The translations under genes and the position numbers were made by a program. DNA of 64,000 bases from a virus (taxonomy: Duplodnaviria > Caudoviricetes), in the IMG/VR virus record IMGVR_UViG_3300005670_000014, positions 1-64,000 of that record; one strand, given 5' to 3'. Below the pieces are notes generated by a model. It was not told the DNA's origin. It made no database searches and worked only from the letters and a program-made list of their open reading frames with translations. Below are positions 1 to 8,706 of the stretch, in pieces (within the stretch, counting starts at the first letter, position 1; each line of letters starts with the position of its first letter).

Positions 1-1
1 C

Positions 2-394
2 GGCAAAGACAACAGCGACAACAATTCAGTCGTCATCGGCGGCAATACGCCGATTGGCCTTGGTGCCAACACCACGGTAATAGGCACTTCTGCCACTACG
101 CTGACTCGACTTTATGGCGACATCGCAACAGGAGTTGATTCACCCTCTGCTGCGCTTCATGCGGTGAAGACGACTGAGCAGCTACGGTTAGGCTACGATG
201 CTAGTTACTACGCCGCGTTCACCGTCTCCAGCGCCGGGAATCTCACCATTGACGCCGTGGGCGGCACGATCTACACCCCGGACACCATCGAGAATACCGT
301 CAATGGTGGGGGAATTGTCCTTCGCAGTCCTGATGGAACCCGTTACCTTATCACCGTCGCCAATGGCGGCACTTTAACTGTTGCAACTGCATAG
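2..394 (+). CDS. C-terminal part of a tail-fibre/virion structural protein (5'-truncated by window)
   Basis: Frame is open from base 2 (GKDNSDNNSVVIGGNTPIGLGANTTVIG...). G/T/N-rich beta-type sequence ending GIVLRSPDGTRYLITVANGGTLTV, typical of fibre C-termini. Confidence 0.6.
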   Translation, partial: GKDNSDNNSVVIGGNTPIGLGANTTVIGTSATTLTRLYGDIATGVDSPSAALHAVKTTEQLRLGYDASYYAAFTVSSAGNLTIDAVGGTIYTPDTIENTVNGGGIVLRSPDGTRYLITVANGGTLTVATA

Positions 395-402
395 GTATTA
401 TT

Positions 403-744
403 ATGGCCGATTATCGGGAAAACAGTATCGCTGGAACTTCTTATACACGCGGGAGAAGTCTCTATTTTGAGAACCCGGCAAACAGCACGCCTTCCCTCCT
501 CATCCGTGAAGAAACCGTCATCAACCTGGCCGACCGGGCGATCTATGAACCGGCGGGCGAGATTAGGAAAGTGGTTGACGACCTGAGCGTGGAATTCCCA
601 CTGCGCAATCCCGCAACGAACGAGATTATTGATGGCCAGACAATGACCTATCAAGATTTGTACGTGGGGCTGTTCAGCTTGTACTGGCATCTGGCCTTAG
701 AGCGGGATGAAGAAGTGGCGGCACGAGTAGAAGAAACGCCGTGA
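403..744 (+). CDS. Hypothetical protein, probably fibre-associated
   Basis: 113-aa ORF directly after the fibre gene, AGGT RBS, same GC-rich codon style. Confidence 0.6.
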   Translation: MADYRENSIAGTSYTRGRSLYFENPANSTPSLLIREETVINLADRAIYEPAGEIRKVVDDLSVEFPLRNPATNEIIDGQTMTYQDLYVGLFSLYWHLALERDEEVAARVEETP

Positions 745-935
745 CCCATTCGCAACAGTGGACATTAGAGGACTTCAATAAAGCACATCAGGCGACGGAC
801 GCGGCTCCGAATATCGCCTGCCCGCAATGTGGATCATCATTGTGCGATGTGCATGAATACGCTCTATTGTCTAATCCTCCCAAGAAGGAAGTGCATTGTC
901 CGCAATGTCATTATCAAGGATACCGATTACTGTGA
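741..935 (+). CDS. Small zinc-ribbon protein
   Basis: CPQCGS...CPQCHY, two CxxC pairs; GTGA overlap with the upstream stop. Confidence 0.55.
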   Translation: MTHSQQWTLEDFNKAHQATDAAPNIACPQCGSSLCDVHEYALLSNPPKKEVHCPQCHYQGYRLL

Positions 936-1030
936 TGATCTCATGACCGCTGACAAAGAACCCCCCGAAACCGAACTGAATCTGCGTGAGCCGCAATACG
1001 CGATTTTGGCTACAAATTAAAGAGTGAATT

Positions 1031-2332
1031 ATGTTTAAATTTGGTTTGGGATTATGGAGTAGTCAATATAGAACGGGATCGGGTACACCGGCTGTATCTT
1101 TTCCTGATCTTGAACCAAATTTAATTCATAAAGATTATTTAGGTTTTGGACGAGTTTTTCAAGATGTTGCGGGGACAATCCCCATTAATGAATTGGGTCA
1201 ACCTGTTGCATTAATTATTGATTATTCTACAACATCTGATTCTTTGTTGTGGGATGATGGTGAAACATTACTCTTATGGGATGATAACACCACGGAACTT
1301 GTGTTGGATGATCTAACTCATGCTATTCAAAGTACCAGTAGTCGTAGACCTTTATTACGGTTAGATTCAGGGGGTCGTTTTTATTTGAATCATGATCGTA
1401 TTGATGATTATATGACGTTATCGACGTTAGATGCGGGTACGTATACCTGCGGATTTTCGTCATGGGATATGGTACAGATTTTTGAAGTGTATCATAAAAC
1501 AACGGGTGAATTTAAGTGGAATATGGCAGATACTCATTCAAGAGTACTGGTAAAAGGATCTTTAACGTCACAACAAGAGATTGACTTAAGAGCTTGGTTG
1601 GAATCTCGACGTTTAGCATCGGGCAATACGGATGTATTTAGAATTCACTGTGGTAGTTCTTCAGTGAATTTAAGTGTAGTAGAATCTGCCAATTCAGGAT
1701 CTTCGTGGTTATTGGGTGATAATCAAACAGCCAGTGGCGTATCTTGTGTCAAAACCATTACCGCTCCACAGACTTTGATTTATCGAGCCACAGATCCTAC
1801 GAAGATTACTGAAATTCAATGGTCTAGTAAGAATTTATTTGGTTTAGTTGATCTATCAAAATTAGTCAATGTTACGATTGTCTATTTGAGTACGAATACT
1901 TTTTCGGGTTGTTTAGATCTAACTCATAATACGTTATTACAGACTTTTTATGCGTCTAATAATTTCTTCGGTGGAACTTTAGATTTAAGTTTAAATACCC
2001 AGTTACAGACTTTGCAAGTGGGTAACAATCAGTTGACGGGTAGTATTAATATCACTACTAATACCTCACTAATAACAGCGGGTTTTACCAGTAATTGTTT
2101 TTCTGGATTTGCTGGAACGGTATCCAATACTGTAGATAATTTTCAAGCACAAAATAATTTATTGACACAAGCCGCAGTGGATGCGATCTTATTAGCGTTT
2201 GTGAATGCGAATCGCACGACGGGTTTAAGAATTTTAAATTTAGGGGGTACAGGTAATGCTGCTCCCAGTGTAACGGGTTTGGGTTATAAATCGACACTGA
2301 CTTCTCGTGGATGGACAGTGACGCATAACTGA
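1031..2332 (+). CDS. Virion fibre/spike protein with C-terminal leucine-rich repeats
   Basis: N-terminal FQDVAGTIPINELGQPVALIID motif of phage fibre proteins; about five 22-aa repeats (N.F.G.LDL..N..L..L....N); C-terminal cap AVDAIL...LTSRGWTV. Confidence 0.6.
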   Translation: MFKFGLGLWSSQYRTGSGTPAVSFPDLEPNLIHKDYLGFGRVFQDVAGTIPINELGQPVALIIDYSTTSDSLLWDDGETLLLWDDNTTELVLDDLTHAIQSTSSRRPLLRLDSGGRFYLNHDRIDDYMTLSTLDAGTYTCGFSSWDMVQIFEVYHKTTGEFKWNMADTHSRVLVKGSLTSQQEIDLRAWLESRRLASGNTDVFRIHCGSSSVNLSVVESANSGSSWLLGDNQTASGVSCVKTITAPQTLIYRATDPTKITEIQWSSKNLFGLVDLSKLVNVTIVYLSTNTFSGCLDLTHNTLLQTFYASNNFFGGTLDLSLNTQLQTLQVGNNQLTGSINITTNTSLITAGFTSNCFSGFAGTVSNTVDNFQAQNNLLTQAAVDAILLAFVNANRTTGLRILNLGGTGNAAPSVTGLGYKSTLTSRGWTVTHN

Positions 2333-2342
2333 GGAAAGATCA

Positions 2343-2606
2343 ATGCCAGCAACCGATCAATTTTATACACACGCACCTAACTTAGCGAGTCCAGCAGTAG
2401 GCGCTTTCTCCATTGTTCCACACGATACGAATGAAGTCTCTCAAGTGACCCGTGCGTTACGAATTGGCACATCTGATGGTACATTATCTGTGATCATGGC
2501 AGATGGTAGTGCATTAGTCATTCCCGTAGCTGCAATGGAAATTCTACCATTTCGAGTGAAGAAAGTGATGGCTGCGACAACGGTAGATGTGTGGGGATTA
2601 GTATAG
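2343..2606 (+). CDS. Head-spike base protein, RcGTA Rcc01079-like
   Basis: DQFYTHAPNLASPAVGAFSIVPHDTNEVSQVTRALRIG...G.L.V.MADG...ILPFRVKKV matches my recollection of the Rcc01079 family; GAGG RBS. Confidence 0.75.
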   Translation: MPATDQFYTHAPNLASPAVGAFSIVPHDTNEVSQVTRALRIGTSDGTLSVIMADGSALVIPVAAMEILPFRVKKVMAATTVDVWGLV

Positions 2607-2642
2607 TCCAGGTATAAATATTGCGTATTGTTTCATCTTGAT

Positions 2643-2675
2643 AAATAAGCCGGTGTTAAAGCCGGTTTATTTTTT
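2643..2675 (+). terminator. Intrinsic terminator
   Basis: AAATAAGCCGG / CCGGTTTATTT stem followed by a T run. Confidence 0.75.
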
Positions 2676-2734
2676 CTGTGGATAAAAGGTATAATTAAGG
2701 TCGTTTTGACAATATCTTTTAAGAGAATTCTTTA

Positions 2735-3256
2735 ATGAAAAAGTCAGTATTGTTTTTATGTTGTGCTAGTATTTCGGGTTGTGCGCATATTTCGCAGGCA
2801 GATTATGCACAAACTGCGGATGTCGTTACTACGGCAGTGGGTTTAAGTAATGGATTATCTGAAGCAAATTCTATTTGGGGAGATGTTAATTGGCCGGTGA
2901 TGGCCGTAGTGAAGTTAGGGGCTACCCAAGCCGTGAAATTAGCCCCGGAACCTTATTGTACTTCGGGTTTAATGGGATTGACGATTGCTGGTTATGGAGC
3001 GGCTTTTTGGAATGTTGGCGTGATGTTAGGATCAGGTCCACTTGCAATTCCTGTGGCTGTGGGTGTGTTGGGTTGGCAATGGGAAAATTTAGCTCAAGAT
3101 TCGATGGCAACGTGTAATTCTACAGGTGTAGGATTTAATTATTTTAAAAATAACTCTAAACCTTATTCTTATTCTGGACCGACGTGTCACGGTTGGGATA
3201 ATGCGCGACCAGATAGATGTGCTTCTTATTTTGTCAAACATCCAGAAAGACTTTAA
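2735..3256 (+). CDS. Putative lipoprotein/membrane protein
   Basis: MKK + hydrophobic stretch + SGC lipobox-like signal; two further hydrophobic segments. Confidence 0.55.
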   Translation: MKKSVLFLCCASISGCAHISQADYAQTADVVTTAVGLSNGLSEANSIWGDVNWPVMAVVKLGATQAVKLAPEPYCTSGLMGLTIAGYGAAFWNVGVMLGSGPLAIPVAVGVLGWQWENLAQDSMATCNSTGVGFNYFKNNSKPYSYSGPTCHGWDNARPDRCASYFVKHPERL

Positions 3257-3298
3257 TTTATTTTTGGATTCTTGTAATAAGAATTTTCAAGAAAATCA

Positions 3299-3326
3299 TT
3301 GACTTTTGCTTTTTTGTATGCTATAT
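3299..3326 (+). promoter_or_regulatory. Sigma70-type promoter
   Basis: TTGACT-16-TATATT with TG extension. Confidence 0.5.
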
Positions 3327-3481
3327 TAAAGATGTACTTTGGCGAGTACACGTAATAATTGATTGGACTACTATCTAATTGTTGAGTGGTTTATTACGGT
3401 TTAATCCGTATGCCAGTTATAATTGGATCGTAGCCCAATTTTCTTGGTTTTGCTGAAGGGCATAAGCGCAATTTTGTAATA

Positions 3482-4363
3482 ATGTCTCGATTGGTTAACA
3501 TTGGTAACAATGCTAAGCGAAGTGAGTCATACTACGAGATGGATCGGGATGGTTTCACATTCTTAACTATGGGATTTACGGGAGCGAAAGCGGCCAAGTG
3601 GAAATGGGATTACATCAACGCCTTTAATAAAATGGAAGAGTTTATTAAAGTGAGATCTGTTGATGATATTATCACGGATATGATTAGTGAACGGATGCAA
3701 AAGGTGGATGCGTTGTACAATCCAAAGATCAAGGAAGTGGCTGCGGAAGTGAATCGGTTGGAGCATGAAAAGGTGAGTATGTTGGGATTTGAGCAAAAAT
3801 CTTACCGAGATCGAGTGACGCAGTGCGAAAATCAAACGAATCTGGTGCAGCAGCATTTTCAAACCCATAAAATTTCTTATGGTCCGTGGATTAAGCATCA
3901 AGCGGAGATTCATTTGGAATTGTTTGGCATGACCTCCGCACAGTTCCGGCGTGAAATTGGAATTTTCGATCATACCAATATCTTAACACGAGATTTCTTC
4001 CCATATATTATTCAGCATATTTTGTATTTGGGAGAGTTAGGATTATGTGAGTTTTTTGACGAAGGCGGTGATAATCCATTTACACTGGATGATGTGTTAG
4101 AAGTTCATCGCAGTTTTGTGAATCAGCGGGTGATGGTTTATACGAGGAAGAATCCTGGATTAAATTTAAGTAATGTTTTAGTCCAGCATGTCCGTATGGT
4201 ACGGGACTTCATTGAAGGCCGACTGGAATTATCATCAATTTCTCCGTATGATACTCAGCGACAATGGCTTGAAGAACGAATTGACGTGTTGAATCAGTTG
4301 CGAGAGGAGTATCGCAAGTCTTTAGTAGTAGTAGTGCGTAAAACGCCGTATAATCCGATTTAA
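3482..4363 (+). CDS. Rha-family regulator, N-terminally truncated
   Basis: YYEMDRDGFTFLTMGFTGAKAAKWKWDYINAFNKME is the Rha core. The usual N-terminal Rha helix and an RBS are missing. Confidence 0.7.
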   Translation: MSRLVNIGNNAKRSESYYEMDRDGFTFLTMGFTGAKAAKWKWDYINAFNKMEEFIKVRSVDDIITDMISERMQKVDALYNPKIKEVAAEVNRLEHEKVSMLGFEQKSYRDRVTQCENQTNLVQQHFQTHKISYGPWIKHQAEIHLELFGMTSAQFRREIGIFDHTNILTRDFFPYIIQHILYLGELGLCEFFDEGGDNPFTLDDVLEVHRSFVNQRVMVYTRKNPGLNLSNVLVQHVRMVRDFIEGRLELSSISPYDTQRQWLEERIDVLNQLREEYRKSLVVVVRKTPYNPI

Positions 4364-4515
4364 GCCGTTCAATATCCGACTCGCTACCCGACTACTGGGT
4401 AGCGGGTTAACCCGCCCCAAATGCCCGTTTTGGGGCCAATCCTGACGTGTTTATCATTCATTGCACGGGTAGTTTTGAAGCAAGTTGTCAATGAATTAAC
4501 AGTCATAAAAATTCA

Positions 4516-4544
4516 TTGCAGTTTCAGGTACTTTAGTGTATGCT
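4516..4544 (+). promoter_or_regulatory. Sigma70-type promoter
   Basis: TTGCAG-17-TATGCT upstream of 4567. Confidence 0.45.
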
Positions 4545-4566
4545 TTTGATTGATTTATAGGAGAGT

Positions 4567-4773
4567 ATGATGGATGCAAATTTTACTGTTCAAGATGTTA
4601 TTTTAAATGCGGTAGAAGATGCACCTAGTTATTTTTTGGGTAGTGCGATAGCGTGTTTATTACGCTATCGGGTAGGTCAAGGTGCTCAACCTTTGGAAGC
4701 ATGTAAAGGGTACTTAGAGTTCTTGATCAAAATTGAAGTTGCAAATGAGGTAAAGAGTCATGCCGATTCCTGA
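4567..4773 (+). CDS. Divergent DUF3310/SaV-like small protein
   Basis: FLGSAIACLLRY...LEACKGYLEFLI resembles the LGNAIKYLWR...DLKKARWYL pattern; GGAG RBS. Confidence 0.4.
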   Translation: MMDANFTVQDVILNAVEDAPSYFLGSAIACLLRYRVGQGAQPLEACKGYLEFLIKIEVANEVKSHADS

Positions 4774-5080
4774 AAGCATCATTGATAGCGTTGCGAGTGC
4801 CAATCTGAAGAACGTAGGTGAAGCTCCTGCGTTTTATAGTGGTCTCGCCATGGGTAATGCCGTATCCGATCAGCAGGCGATGAATGTGATTCGTCAGGCT
4901 GCTGTGGGTAGCATTGTGAAGAGTCTGACCGAAGTGGACCCGTCTGAAGCGGTTGCTGCGTTGAAGATGACTTCCGGCAATGAAGTGGCCTCTACTTTGG
5001 GGCAGCTTCTGGCTGCGCTACAAAGTGGGCAGGTGGGTACTAAGGTCGCTCAAACGACGCCTCCGATTACGAGTGGTTAA
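4760..5080 (+). CDS. RebB/R-body-like protein
   Basis: IIDSVASANLKNVGEAPAF...GLAMGNAVSDQQAMNVIRQAA...LTEVD aligns with the RebB pattern as I recall it; GAGG RBS; own terminator. Confidence 0.6.
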   Translation: MPIPESIIDSVASANLKNVGEAPAFYSGLAMGNAVSDQQAMNVIRQAAVGSIVKSLTEVDPSEAVAALKMTSGNEVASTLGQLLAALQSGQVGTKVAQTTPPITSG

Positions 5081-5100
5081 GCTCTTTTGATCTGGGGTTA

Positions 5101-5124
5101 AAGGCACACTACTGTGCCTTTTTT
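5101..5124 (+). terminator. Intrinsic terminator
   Basis: AAGGCACA-CTAC-TGTGCCTT followed by TTTT. Confidence 0.8.
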
Positions 5125-5139
5125 ATTGGGAGATATTCT

Positions 5140-5613
5140 ATGAAATATTTAAGTTTGTTATTCTTATTGCCGGGAATTTTATTGGCAGCATCTCCACAAG
5201 ATGTGGTGGGTTTTATTATTAAGGTGTATGACGGAGATACTGCCACATTAATTTCTTGTGAAGGTAATATGCACAAGATCAGACTTGCTAAGATTGATGC
5301 ACCGGAATTAAAACAAGATTTCGGTAAAGAATCTAAGTTGTGTTTGTCGAACAAAATTCTGAATCAACGTGTCCATGTTATAATCTTTGAACGAGATAAA
5401 TATCGTCGTGATGTGGGAGAAATTTTCAAAGATAGTAAATCAGTGAACACGATGTTGGTGGATGAAGGCTGTGCTTGGGTGTATGAAGCATATAATAAAG
5501 ATGCTTCGTTAGACTCTTTACAAGTGAAAGCACGATTTTTGCGTAAAGGGTTATGGGAGCTTCCAGCACCAATCCCTCCATGGGTGTGGCGTAATTTACA
5601 GAAGAGTGATTGA
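5140..5613 (+). CDS. Thermonuclease (SNase-like) with signal peptide
   Basis: VYDGDT, IRLAKIDAPE, DKYRR, N..LV.EG.AW motifs; hydrophobic N-terminus; GGAG RBS. Confidence 0.9.
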   Translation: MKYLSLLFLLPGILLAASPQDVVGFIIKVYDGDTATLISCEGNMHKIRLAKIDAPELKQDFGKESKLCLSNKILNQRVHVIIFERDKYRRDVGEIFKDSKSVNTMLVDEGCAWVYEAYNKDASLDSLQVKARFLRKGLWELPAPIPPWVWRNLQKSD

Positions 5614-5638
5614 CAGGATTTGTTCAATTTGATATTAT
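5610..5638 (+). promoter_or_regulatory. Sigma70-type promoter
   Basis: TTGACA-17-TATTAT. Confidence 0.55.
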
Positions 5639-5791
5639 AATTTTATTAAATCAGGCTGTCGTGAGTTGGATTTAATAAAGGTATGAACACACTGTAAAAT
5701 TAAGCTGATTTTTGTTGAAGAATGTAGTTTATAGTGTGGCTACATCACGACCTTCAATGAAAGTCGGCTTTATTTTTATGAGATTTAGATT

Positions 5792-6031
5792 ATGTCAAAT
5801 GTTATTCAGTTATTTTGTTTTAATGGATTGGAGATTAGATCCATTGTTCTTGAAAATGGTGACGTGTGGTTTGTTGGTCGAGACATTGCTGAAATTCTCC
5901 AATACGTGGATAAAGCGCAAGCTTTGAGACAACATTGTAAGCGCGCCAAGCCACTGAATTCATTGAATTGCGTTAAAACGTTGTACTCTGAATTGGGGCT
6001 TAGTCCACGTTTTGAGCATCGTAACTCCTAA
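5792..6031 (+). pseudogene. Bro-N domain fragment (C-terminally truncated)
   Basis: LFCFNGLEIRSIVLENGDVWFVGRDIAEILQY is Bro-N. It stops before the I.ES..Y.LI motif and abuts a convergent gene. Confidence 0.65.
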
Positions 6032-6294
6032 TTTCTAGCAAAAGATAATTTGATTATTGCATTGGGATAATGTCGAAACGTATCTTTCAATGCTGGAAGT
6101 ATGACCTCCATGGTTGGAAAATATTTAGCAATCTGATGAATTTTGCTAAACGGATATTGGTGTCCGACATAATTATCTACTAACCAAAATTGAATTTTTT
6201 TCCATAATGGAAGGTTGTGGTATGTAGACCATGTAAAACGATTATACACAGTTATTGTATCTTTTTTCACATATAAAATAACAGTTTGTGTCAT
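6028..6294 (-). CDS. Hypothetical protein
   Basis: Last ORF of the leftward array. Confidence 0.5.
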   Translation of the reverse strand: MTQTVILYVKKDTITVYNRFTWSTYHNLPLWKKIQFWLVDNYVGHQYPFSKIHQIAKYFPTMEVILPALKDTFRHYPNAIIKLSFARN

Positions 6295-6371
6295 TCGTTT
6301 TCTATGCTATGGTAATGTTCGTGGGACCGTTTCTGGCTGTATGGACTTTGGGGTTGCATACAGCCAGTTTT

Positions 6372-6659
6372 TTAGTGTTTCAAGCAAGATTCATAAAAAA
6401 GATTTGCAATAAAATCTTGTTGAAAGTTTTCAGTGTGTTTCAATTCATAGACACTGGAACAGATTGTTTTGGATAATTTTTGAATATTCGAAGGTTGTCC
6501 TTCAAACATCTGTGAAGCCGTTTGTTCACTGACTCCCATCTTTTTAAGTTGTAGACAAAGATCTACAATGCTTTTTACAGCTTCGCATACTTGTGGATCT
6601 GCTGCCAGACTGGGTACGGGGATGAGTGTTAGTGCGAGTGCGAGTATATGTTTTTTCAT
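6372..6659 (-). CDS. Exported protein with signal peptide
   Basis: MKKHILALALTLIPVPSLA signal; four Cys. Confidence 0.6.
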   Translation of the reverse strand: MKKHILALALTLIPVPSLAADPQVCEAVKSIVDLCLQLKKMGVSEQTASQMFEGQPSNIQKLSKTICSSVYELKHTENFQQDFIANLFYESCLKH

Positions 6660-6665
6660 AAGAGT

Positions 6666-7361
6666 TTACGTTTTAGTGGAATAAAAGGTGAGTAATTCTT
6701 TTGCAGTGTCTTTGCAGTATTCGTAACCGAAAAATCCACCACAACCATCTTCTTGGTTGCGGTCATCGGGTAATTCATCTTCATGGGTCAAAATTTGATT
6801 AGCAAATTCTTCATCTTCAGTACTGTAAATGGCATAACCCCATACATCCCCGGTTAAATATTGATCCAACGTGGTAATTTCATTTTTTAAAATATTTTCA
6901 GCATCTTCAAATTTAATTTGTTGTTTTTCACAAGTGTCTTTGGTGACGTAAATGATCCCCACTTGCCCACTATCCCACGGACAATTAAAAGGCCCCGTAT
7001 TGATAGTAATACCTGAATGATCGTACATGTATACGGGGAGTATGCATATGTTGTTTTTAATCCAAGTATTAACAGTCTGATTGAAAAATGTTTCTTGTTC
7101 ATGAGTTAATTCTTCATCTTCGAAATAAATATTACCTTCATAACTGTTGTAACCTTTTAATTCTTTTAAACTAGCGAGATCATTAAATTCATCAAAGCAC
7201 CAAACATTCAAGTCATGAATCGGAGACTGATTGTTAAAGTCATCTTTACCTCCCAAAATATAATTACGATGCCAAGTGTACAGTGTTCCAAGACTATCCC
7301 ACTCATCGCGGGGATTCTCGTTCCATTCATCTTGTTCAATAGTAGCGAAATAATGAGTCAT
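6666..7361 (-). CDS. Conserved phage hypothetical (NPR..WD..GT...W.HR / PVYMYDHSG / CPWDSGQVG family), paralog 1
   Basis: Motifs shared with 14829-15533; start moved to the ATG after the GGAG RBS. Confidence 0.75.
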   Translation of the reverse strand: MTHYFATIEQDEWNENPRDEWDSLGTLYTWHRNYILGGKDDFNNQSPIHDLNVWCFDEFNDLASLKELKGYNSYEGNIYFEDEELTHEQETFFNQTVNTWIKNNICILPVYMYDHSGITINTGPFNCPWDSGQVGIIYVTKDTCEKQQIKFEDAENILKNEITTLDQYLTGDVWGYAIYSTEDEEFANQILTHEDELPDDRNQEDGCGGFFGYEYCKDTAKELLTFYSTKT

Positions 7362-7362
7362 G

Positions 7363-7809
7363 TTAAAGTTCTCCAAATGCAGTAGTAAAAGGTGAATCTT
7401 CATGAATAACCGGCCAGATGTATGCAATTCGGGGTTGTTCGATCCAACCGAATTGAGAGTACCAATTTAAATCTTTGAATAAAAGAGCGGATCGGTGGCT
7501 TGAATGAAAATCTGTATTACCGAGCCACGGTGGAAATCTGAGTTTTGTTTGCTGAATGGGTAGTAATGGCATCCGGTTATTATAACCTCGCCGTATCCAT
7601 TCAGTAATGATCTCATTGTGATATAAAGCAAGAGCTTCACTGTATGGTCTCCACATGACCGTACATGGGTGATTCTTCCATGCCATCGCATGTGGATTCT
7701 TAATCGTGCGATAGACTACCAGTGCTTCATTGCGTTGATTACCTAATCTTCGGTAATCCAATACTTTGGCACTCTGTTGGAATGAAGGCAACGGAAGGAA
7801 TGTTTGCAT
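7363..7809 (-). CDS. Pyrimidine-dimer DNA glycosylase-like (MSMEG_6728/DenV-related)
   Basis: MQTFLP...SAKVLD.RRLGNQR.EA...W.NHP...MW...PPWLG...H.SHRS.LL.KD pattern. Confidence 0.8.
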   Translation of the reverse strand: MQTFLPLPSFQQSAKVLDYRRLGNQRNEALVVYRTIKNPHAMAWKNHPCTVMWRPYSEALALYHNEIITEWIRRGYNNRMPLLPIQQTKLRFPPWLGNTDFHSSHRSALLFKDLNWYSQFGWIEQPRIAYIWPVIHEDSPFTTAFGEL

Positions 7810-8150
7810 TAGTTGGGTTCAAATTTTGCTTTTAAACGAAGATATTGATTATATTCACATTTTCTTATATCTTCTTTTTGTTTTTTATAATATTGTTCTA
7901 GTTCTTTTTCTGTACAAATTTCTAATTCAAGTAAATTTTGACGGTAAAAATCGTCGAATGGTTCATTTGTAATTTGTTCAACTAAATAAAATCTGTCATC
8001 GTCATCAGGTGTGATTGAAATAATAGTAAAAAGGTTGTCTTCAACAGTTAAAAGTAATTTATCAGATTCCATTGAATAAGTATAACCCGTAAGTTTAATT
8101 TCTTTTTTATTCTCTGAAAAAAGATTGAATAATGTTGTTTGTGTTTTCAT
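7809..8150 (-). CDS. Hypothetical protein, tandem paralog A
   Basis: Ends QYLRLKAKFEPN; GGAG RBS; paralog of 8296-8628. Confidence 0.7.
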   Translation of the reverse strand: MKTQTTLFNLFSENKKEIKLTGYTYSMESDKLLLTVEDNLFTIISITPDDDDRFYLVEQITNEPFDDFYRQNLLELEICTEKELEQYYKKQKEDIRKCEYNQYLRLKAKFEPN

Positions 8151-8198
8151 GATAATTCTCCAGTGTTTTACTGTTATTGTGTGCTGTTGCACATGACT

Positions 8199-8227
8199 CT
8201 TGTAGCACAGTTACTCAGATTTTGCAA
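8199..8227 (-). promoter_or_regulatory. Early promoter (duplicated copy)
   Basis: TTGCAA-17-TACAAG with TG extension. Confidence 0.45.
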
Positions 8228-8295
8228 ATTTTTTATGATGTAAATCTAAATAGTTGTCTTGCTGTATAGTAATGCTAACGGTAGGAATGTTTGCA

Positions 8296-8628
8296 TTAGT
8301 TGGGTTCAAAAATCTTTTTTAATGCCAAATATTGTGCGTATTGTAATTCTTTGTGATGTTGTATTCTTTGAGCACAATTTTCATCAATCTCTTCTTGAGT
8401 ACAAATACCCAACAAAATTAAATCTTCTTCATAAAAATGATCAAAGATGTAACAATTTTCATTGTTTAAAACAAATGGTTGAAGAGACTCTTCATCAGTA
8501 TTAGCCGTGATAGAAATGATTGAAAAACAATTTTCAAACAACAATAAAATCTTATCTTCATTGATTGAATATAGATGATGTTTGAAATGCATTTTTTCAC
8601 AAGCGTCTAAAGTTGTTTGGGGTAGCAT
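8296..8628 (-). CDS. Hypothetical protein, tandem paralog B
   Basis: Ends QYLALKKIFEPN; GGAG RBS. Confidence 0.7.
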   Translation of the reverse strand: MLPQTTLDACEKMHFKHHLYSINEDKILLLFENCFSIISITANTDEESLQPFVLNNENCYIFDHFYEEDLILLGICTQEEIDENCAQRIQHHKELQYAQYLALKKIFEPN

Positions 8629-8677
8629 GGTAAAATCTCCAACAAGTGACTTGATATTTGTGCCGTTGCACGTTGCC

Positions 8678-8706
8678 ATTTTAGCATGTTTATTCAGATT
8701 TTGCAA
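8678..8706 (-). promoter_or_regulatory. Early promoter
   Basis: TTGCAA-17-TAAAAT with TG extension. Confidence 0.7.

Noticed and set aside
1031-2332. Diversity-generating retroelement acting on the fibre
   Set aside because: No reverse transcriptase and no adenine-mismatched TR/VR pair seen in the window.
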